A stretch of DNA of 64,000 nucleotides from Sedimentisphaeraceae bacterium JB056. Its GTDB lineage: Bacteria > Planctomycetota > Phycisphaerae > Sedimentisphaerales > Sedimentisphaeraceae. The stretch covers positions 32,001-96,000 of the forward strand of contig JBITAJ010000027.1 of NCBI GenBank assembly GCA_044440125.1. The letters are read 5' to 3'. Both the position numbers and the translations under genes were made by a program. Of the stretch, positions 58,029 through 64,000 are shown piece by piece; position 1 is the stretch's first letter; each line of letters opens with the position of its first letter. The notes under the pieces are model-generated. The model saw only the letters and a list, made by a program, of their open reading frames with translations, ran no database searches and was not told the origin of the DNA.

Positions 58029-58706
58029 TCAGTCTTTTGAGTCATCTTGGTGTGATGCCTGATTTTCAGTTGCAATATTTTCTTTATCCCTGCTGCGATT
58101 ATACCTTACTCTTCCAAGAAGGACTATCATTACCAGTATCCCGATAATTATTGATATGTATCCAACACAGTTGAGCATTTGGGTTGTGAACATCTCGAGT
58201 CCGCAAAACCCGTAATATACAACAAATTTATTCTGGAAAAGTCCCTCTGAATTGTCGATTCCCTTTATTACATCAAGTTTTATCACGTATTTACCGGGAC
58301 TTGGCAGAGACATCGGCAAAAGTGCTACAAAGCCGTCCCTGAGGGGCGTTTTCAATTCCTTGTCCACACTGCTTGAGAAGATCAGTTGTTTATTGTCATC
58401 GTAAGCGGTTATGCTGCAGCCGCCTTCAAAGGTTTTGATTGCTCTTTGGATTTGAGCTTTTTGAAGCTTGGTTTGATTGTTTGCCAGCAGTCCTAAAACG
58501 AGCTTATTGGGCAGGGAGTGTTCTGTATTGAATTCAATACTGTATGAACCGATATCAGAGGGATTGGCTTCAATAAACGCTATCGGTTTTCTTGCCTGTT
58601 CAAATGCATTTTTTTGGCTGGAGCCGGTCTTGAGCAGGAAAACACCCAATACGCAGACGATAATGCTCAATGTCCACAAGACAATTTTCAAAACATCTCT
58701 TACCAT
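58029..58706 (-). CDS. Hypothetical membrane protein (two TM helices flanking a soluble domain)
   Basis: Hydrophobic segments near both termini; no recognised motif. Confidence 0.6.
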   Translation of the reverse strand: MVRDVLKIVLWTLSIIVCVLGVFLLKTGSSQKNAFEQARKPIAFIEANPSDIGSYSIEFNTEHSLPNKLVLGLLANNQTKLQKAQIQRAIKTFEGGCSITAYDDNKQLIFSSSVDKELKTPLRDGFVALLPMSLPSPGKYVIKLDVIKGIDNSEGLFQNKFVVYYGFCGLEMFTTQMLNCVGYISIIIGILVMIVLLGRVRYNRSRDKENIATENQASHQDDSKD

Positions 58707-58837
58707 AATACAGACTTTAAGTCAATAAACGACTCATAAATGTGCCGCAACATAAGCACTTCTAAACTACACCAGTCATAGATTGTAGTTAATTGAGCAA
58801 ATATAGTCAAATTATAAATAGGAGAGTTTCACCAATG

Positions 58838-59749
58838 TTATTTGGGTGATTTTCTTCGTCCGGGTTTTACGACCAGTTCAGGATTGGCATACATTACGGT
58901 ATTTCCCGGCTCAATAGCATCCTTAACCCATGTGTTGCCGGCAACAACTGCACCCTCACCGATAACAATGTCGCCAAGTATTGTTGCCTCAGCGTATATG
59001 GTGACATTGTCGCTTATAGTCGGATGACGTTTTTGTCCCTTTATAATATTGCCTCTTTCATCTTTCGGGAAGCTTATCGCACCAAGTGTTACACCCTGAT
59101 ATATCTTGACATTGTTGCCTATTATAGCCGTCTCGCCAATAACGACGCCTGTGCCGTGGTCGATAAAGAAATGTTCGCCTATATGTGCTCCCGGGTGGAT
59201 GTCAATACCTGTTGTCTGATGAGCATTCTCGCTCATTATACGGGGTATCATCGGCACATCGCTTTTGTAGAGCTCATGAGCTATTCTGTGAGTAGATATT
59301 GCTATAAGTCCGGGATAGCTGACGACTATTTCTTCAAAAGAATACGCTGCAGGGTCTCCATCATAGGCTGCCTGTATATCAGTCTTAAGAAGTTGACGTA
59401 TCTGGGGCAGGCTTTCTATGAGGTTATCTGTTATTATTTTTGAATCCTGAATGCATTTTGTACATTTTACCGTATGCTTTTGTGAGCATTCGTACATCAT
59501 TGCAAGCTGAATTTGCTTATAAAGGCGCTCACGTATCTCGCAGATAAGCCCGCCTATTACGTAGCTTACATTTTCGCGGGTTATCTTATAGCGTCCTGTA
59601 TATCCAGGGAACAATACTTCTTTTATCAGATCAAGACAATAAAGTATCTCATCACGGTGAGGAAGGTTTTTGACCTCGCTGAAATTAACACCTTTGCCGT
59701 CTTCATATGTTTTAACAATTGCTTCTACTATGTTTCCTGTATTTTCCAT
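58838..59749 (-). CDS. cysE: Serine O-acetyltransferase
   Basis: GDPAA, IDIHPGA, FIDHGTGVVIGET, KRHPT; adjacent to cysK. Confidence 0.9.
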   Translation of the reverse strand: MENTGNIVEAIVKTYEDGKGVNFSEVKNLPHRDEILYCLDLIKEVLFPGYTGRYKITRENVSYVIGGLICEIRERLYKQIQLAMMYECSQKHTVKCTKCIQDSKIITDNLIESLPQIRQLLKTDIQAAYDGDPAAYSFEEIVVSYPGLIAISTHRIAHELYKSDVPMIPRIMSENAHQTTGIDIHPGAHIGEHFFIDHGTGVVIGETAIIGNNVKIYQGVTLGAISFPKDERGNIIKGQKRHPTISDNVTIYAEATILGDIVIGEGAVVAGNTWVKDAIEPGNTVMYANPELVVKPGRRKSPK

Positions 59750-59779
59750 CTTAAGGCTCCTTCAGGAGGTCAGTGTTTA

Positions 59780-60706
59780 TCAAAGTTGTTCAAAGAGGTC
59801 GGTAGAAATATACCTTTCTCCTGTATCACACATTACTGTGACAATAGTCTTGCCGGCGTTTTCAGGCCTTTGCGCTAGCTGCATTGCTGCGTGGAAATTA
59901 GCGCCTGCACTAATTCCTACGAGCATACCTTCTTTTTGTGCTAATTCCTTTGAGCAGTTTATGGCATCGGCAGCATTAATTTGCATAACTTCGTCAATTA
60001 TCGCAGTGTTGAGTATATCAGGTACGAAGCCAGCTCCTATTCCCTGTATTTTATGCGGGCCTGGTTTGCCTCCGGAAAGTACCGCTGAGTCAGAAGGTTC
60101 AACTGCAACTATTTTAGTTTTCGGGTTTTGGGATTTGAAGTATTCACCACATCCGGTCAGTGTTCCACCAGTGCCTACGCCTGCAACGAACATATCAACA
60201 TCGCCATCTGCATCATCCCAGATTTCAACGGCGGTGGTTTTGCGATGTATTTCAGGGTTTGCCGGATTCTTGAACTGCTGTGGAATAAAACTGCCGTTGA
60301 GTTCTCCTGCTATCTCTTGAGCCTTTTCAATAGCGCCTCGCATTCCTTTTGATGAATCAGTCAAGACTATCTGGGCGCCCAACATCTTCAAAAGCTTGCG
60401 TCTTTCTACACTCATAGACTCGGGCATTGTGAGTATCAATTTGTATCCTCTTGATGCGCATACGAAAGCGAGTCCTATGCCTGTATTGCCGCTGGTTGGT
60501 TCGATTATTACGGAATCCTTGTTTATCAGACCATCCTGCTCGCCTCTTTCTATCATTGCAAGAGCGATTCTGTCTTTAACGCTTCCGCATGGATTGCAAA
60601 ACTCGCACTTTACAAGAATTTTAGCTGCCCCAGTGTTGATTCTTGTTATCTCAACCAATGGAGTATTTCCTATAGCAGTTGTTATTCCTTTGTAGATATT
60701 AGACAT
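59780..60706 (-). CDS. cysK: Cysteine synthase A
   Basis: SVKDR PLP lysine, PTSGNTG, GTGGT, HKIQGIG, ERYIST. Confidence 0.95.
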   Translation of the reverse strand: MSNIYKGITTAIGNTPLVEITRINTGAAKILVKCEFCNPCGSVKDRIALAMIERGEQDGLINKDSVIIEPTSGNTGIGLAFVCASRGYKLILTMPESMSVERRKLLKMLGAQIVLTDSSKGMRGAIEKAQEIAGELNGSFIPQQFKNPANPEIHRKTTAVEIWDDADGDVDMFVAGVGTGGTLTGCGEYFKSQNPKTKIVAVEPSDSAVLSGGKPGPHKIQGIGAGFVPDILNTAIIDEVMQINAADAINCSKELAQKEGMLVGISAGANFHAAMQLAQRPENAGKTIVTVMCDTGERYISTDLFEQL

Positions 60707-60794
60707 TTTACCCTCGTTTTCTCAACTTAATATTGTTCCATATTAACATTTAAAGTTTTGAGCTGCTTCTCGCTTCTCATACTTTTCCTTCAAA

Positions 60795-61727
60795 TCAAAT
60801 AACTATATAAAACTCTTCGCCAGATCTGTTTTCGCTGCGTATGATGTTCTTCTTTTTCAGTATTTCTATTTGTTCGTTTATTTTGTCTTCATCTAATCCA
60901 AGACTTGATGCCAAACCCTCCGCGGAGCATGGCCGCCTTTTGAGCGTGTCTATGACTCTTTCTATAAGACTTTCCGAGTTGCCGCTTTCTGATTTTCTTG
61001 TAAATTTTGCTATAACTTCTGCCTTGGGGCCGAGCAATGATGCAATTGAACGCAGTTTTTCCTCGTCAATGAGTTTGACGTTCATGCCTGAGGTTGGTCT
61101 TACGGCGGTATTGAGCTGGATTTTATCTGGATCTATTTTCTCTATGATCTCTTTGAATTTTGCTATATGAGCTTGATCGGTGTTTATGCCGTCGACCATG
61201 AAAACTTCAAGCCAGAATTGTCCCTTGAACTGACGGCGGAATTCGATGAGTCCATCCACCAGCTTCTGGAAAGAAATATCCTCTGCCGGTTTGTTTATTT
61301 TCTCAAACGTCTCCTGATCGCACGCATCAAGCGAGGGCATGACAACATCTGCCGCTGAAAGATCGTCTCTTACTTCTTTTTGCCAAAGCATAGTGCTGTT
61401 GGTGATAACAACTACCATTGTATCGGTAAGGTCTTTGATTCCTTTAAGGAGTTTGCCAATCTTGCTATGGAGCGTTGGCTCACCAGAGCCGCTGACAGTA
61501 ATGCAGTCTATTGCAGGATGCTCCTGGAGTTTTCGTTTTAGTTCCTCAAGAACCTCATCTATCGGAGCATACGATCCTCTTTCTGAGACAGGCGGTGCAT
61601 CTGTACAGAGCTGGCAATAAATGCAGTTCTGAGAGCAAGTTTTCATTGGAATTATGTCTACTCCCAGACTTAATCCCAATCGTCTTGACGGTACGGGGCC
61701 GAATATGTATTTATACTTCTTATTCAT
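60795..61727 (-). CDS. Radical SAM Fe-S protein
   Basis: FGPVPSRRLGLSLG, CSQNCIYC (CX3CX2C), GSGEPTLH. Confidence 0.85.
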   Translation of the reverse strand: MNKKYKYIFGPVPSRRLGLSLGVDIIPMKTCSQNCIYCQLCTDAPPVSERGSYAPIDEVLEELKRKLQEHPAIDCITVSGSGEPTLHSKIGKLLKGIKDLTDTMVVVITNSTMLWQKEVRDDLSAADVVMPSLDACDQETFEKINKPAEDISFQKLVDGLIEFRRQFKGQFWLEVFMVDGINTDQAHIAKFKEIIEKIDPDKIQLNTAVRPTSGMNVKLIDEEKLRSIASLLGPKAEVIAKFTRKSESGNSESLIERVIDTLKRRPCSAEGLASSLGLDEDKINEQIEILKKKNIIRSENRSGEEFYIVI

Positions 61728-61803
61728 TTTATTTGAAAGTTAGTAGAAAACAGTTCGTGGTTCGAAGCAATATTGAATTTGCTTTGCTCATATCCCCTGC
61801 GAA

Positions 61804-62628
61804 CTAACTTCTATCATTAACTATATCGAAAATCTTCTTACAAGTTACCACTGTATCTTTAACCCAGTCAAGAGGCATCATACATGCCGAATCGCACTTG
61901 GCTTCATCTAATCGCGGGTGAGTTTCGATGAACAGGGCGTTTGCTCCGGCTGCGATTGCTGCTTTTGCGAGGATAGGTCCTTTCTCACGGGCTCCGCCGC
62001 TGGAGTTGCCAAGACCTCCGGGCTGCTGGGTGCTGTGTGTTACATCAAAGACAACAGGGCAGCCCAGTGATTTCATTTCCTCAATGCCGCCCATATCGTT
62101 GACAAGTCTGTTGTAGCCGAAGAATGTGCCTCGTTCGGTAAGCATTATCTTGTCGTTACCGGATTCCCTGAGTTTATTTACCGCATTCTTCATCTCAATA
62201 GGAGATACGAATTGTCCTTTTTTGACACTTATAGGCAGTCCCGTTTTACTGCATGCAACTAACAGGTCGGTCTGGCGGCAAAGGAAGGCAGGTATCTGTA
62301 TGCAGTCAACCGTGTCAGCAACTACTTGCGCCTGGTGCGGTTCGTGAATATCGGTCATCACGGGCAGTCCTGTACGCCTTGATATTGTGCTGAGTATTTC
62401 CATTCCCTTTTGAAGCCCGGGGCCTCGAAAACTGCCAATACTTGTGCGGTTTGCTTTGTCAAAACTTGATTTGAAAATAAACTTTATTCCGGTTTCTTCC
62501 TGAAGCTGAACTAATCTTTCAGCTGTTTCCAGGCAAACATCAAGGCTTTCTATTACGCATGGACCAGCCATCACGAACATGTCATTGTCAATACCTACGG
62601 TGATATCACCTATATTAAAATCTGTCAT
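61804..62628 (-). CDS. kdsA: KDO-8-phosphate synthase
   Basis: AGPCVIES, DKANRTS, QIPAFLCRQTD, KKGQF, DVTHS. Confidence 0.95.
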   Translation of the reverse strand: MTDFNIGDITVGIDNDMFVMAGPCVIESLDVCLETAERLVQLQEETGIKFIFKSSFDKANRTSIGSFRGPGLQKGMEILSTISRRTGLPVMTDIHEPHQAQVVADTVDCIQIPAFLCRQTDLLVACSKTGLPISVKKGQFVSPIEMKNAVNKLRESGNDKIMLTERGTFFGYNRLVNDMGGIEEMKSLGCPVVFDVTHSTQQPGGLGNSSGGAREKGPILAKAAIAAGANALFIETHPRLDEAKCDSACMMPLDWVKDTVVTCKKIFDIVNDRS

Positions 62629-62997
62629 TATTATTCCTGTTGTTTATATATATGATTTATGTGCAACCTTGCTAACAATATCTGATTTTATCACAATTTA
62701 GGGTGATTAGCAAAAAAATATTAATTAATAGCCCTAAAACCTGAGGCTTCATTATTCTGATTCGTACGCACGATGTTTTTATAAAGGGAAGCAACTTAGC
62801 TGTAAAATTAAGCAATTAGAGGCGTTTGAAATCCCATAGGCAAATACCGCTGGTAAAATAAGGAAATCCCCTATTTACTTAATTGCCGCTTGGAAGTATC
62901 ATGAAGTCCAAGTTAATGTTGACTGTGACATTACAGAAAGAGCAGCAGGATATTTAATATTGTCTGCTTGCAAAGGTTGTAGCTGAGGTAAAAAACT

Positions 62998-63180
62998 ATG
63001 AACGTTAAAATAACAGATGAATGTATAAATTGCGGTGTATGCTGTGACATATGCCCTGACGTTTTCGGGCCGGGGGATGAGTATGCAGTTGTTAAAAATA
63101 ATCCGGTTGATGAAAGTTACAGGGATGAAGTCGAGGACGCAGCTGATTCCTGCCCGACTTCAGCCATAATCGTTGATTGA
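62998..63180 (+). CDS. Monocluster ferredoxin
   Basis: CINCGVC...CPTSAI. Confidence 0.9.
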   Translation: MNVKITDECINCGVCCDICPDVFGPGDEYAVVKNNPVDESYRDEVEDAADSCPTSAIIVD

Positions 63181-63217
63181 TTCGCATTTAGAGTTTTAGA
63201 GAGAGAAGAAGGAAAAT

Positions 63218-63616
63218 ATGGCACAGAAACTATCAGAACAGTTTAAGACGGCAGACTGGAAGAATGAAAAACATGTTCCGGTGATTGAGTGCAGTGATAC
63301 TGTTGAAAAAGGGCAGTTATTCAATGTAAAGGTAACAGTAGGCAAAGAGGTTGCTCATCCTAATACGACAGCACATCATATAAGATGGATCAAGCTGCTT
63401 GTTAAGGAGGAAGGTAGTAAGGCTCTTGTTGAGATAGCGAATATGGAGTTCAATGCGCATGGGGCATCAGCAGATGGCGCTGATACAAGCGGGATTTATA
63501 CCAATCATGAAGCAATAATAAGCATGAAAATGGAGAAATCGGGAACGCTTTACGCAATGTCGTACTGTAATATACACGGTCTGTGGGAGTCAATGAGGGA
63601 GATTAAGGTAGACTAA
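63218..63616 (+). CDS. Superoxide reductase (neelaredoxin-type)
   Basis: EKHVP, HPNTTAHHI and CNIHGLW iron-ligand motifs. Confidence 0.9.
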   Translation: MAQKLSEQFKTADWKNEKHVPVIECSDTVEKGQLFNVKVTVGKEVAHPNTTAHHIRWIKLLVKEEGSKALVEIANMEFNAHGASADGADTSGIYTNHEAIISMKMEKSGTLYAMSYCNIHGLWESMREIKVD

Positions 63617-63707
63617 ACAGACAATGGACAGATGTTTTTTGGCAAAACGGGGAAGGTTAGTCAAAATATCATCTGAGAGGAGAAATAACCAAGTGAGTTA
63701 CGGGAGG

Positions 63708-63749
63708 AGTGTCCGGCCATGGTGTAATATCAGGGCCGGACACTTTTTT
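63708..63749 (+). terminator. Intrinsic terminator
   Basis: AGTGTCCGGCC/GGCCGGACACT stem plus T-run. Confidence 0.8.
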
Positions 63750-63959
63750 ATTGCTTAATATTGATTTTCAGCCGTCATTTTGTTTTCTTGCAAGCATCCT
63801 GCATGAAATTGCGAAGTCATAGGTATTTTATATATCCTTTTATTCTTGACAATCCACTTCAATAGCTTATCCTTTCCATCAATTTTGTTTTGAGAAACTT
63901 GCTCTGTTTAACATTTCGTTTACTGCATTAAAACTTATTTTTAAATGGTTAATCCCGAT

Positions 63960-64000
63960 ATGAGAAAATATAAAGCCTTCACTCTTATAGAGTTACTTGT
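63960..64000 (+). CDS. Start of another prepilin-type N-terminal methylation protein (truncated by window end)
   Basis: ATG 63960 reads MRKYKAFTLIELL. Confidence 0.8.
   Translation, partial: MRKYKAFTLIELL

Noticed and set aside
63703..63715. 13-nt match (GGAGGAGTGTCCG) to the 5' end of tRNA-Ser, possible att site
   Set aside because: Inverted relative to the tRNA, matches the 5' rather than 3' end, forms part of a terminator stem, and the intervening genes are housekeeping.

Overview
Bacterial chromosomal window, most likely a planctomycete of class Phycisphaerae (Sedimentisphaerales-like). This is inferred from the prepilin/H-X9-DG (DUF1559-type) genes, Tat-exported sulfatases and a LamG/dockerin-like secreted protein. 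Most of it is housekeeping: birA, oadGAB, topA, prfB, serA, murF, yidC, recJ, tRNA-Ser(TGA), cimA, clpC, yggS, ftsY, xerD, hflX, cysE/cysK, kdsA, ferredoxin and superoxide reductase. Accessory modules sit between these genes. (1) A four-helix-bundle (23S-IVS-protein/Avd-like) gene between ftsY and xerD is enclosed by inverted 7-bp tandem arrays that include a perfect 20-bp inverted repeat. Related ORF-less heptamer arrays, many palindromic, follow several other stop codons; together these are the best candidate for an undescribed mobile or RNA-processing system. (2) A nucleotidyltransferase/wHTH gene pair appears leaderless, with a perfect 14-bp inverted repeat over its promoter (candidate toxin-antitoxin or Abi module). 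(3) A stand-alone AT-rich OLD-like ATPase-nuclease lies beside a REPIN-like palindrome cassette. (4) An island between clpC and yggS holds a YhcG nuclease, a gene remnant and a REP-associated transposase. (5) A DUF1559-headed glycan-utilisation-like locus occupies 45-54 kb. prfB uses a +1 programmed frameshift at CTT-TAA rather than the usual CTT-TGA. All calls come from reading the sequence; no database searches were run.
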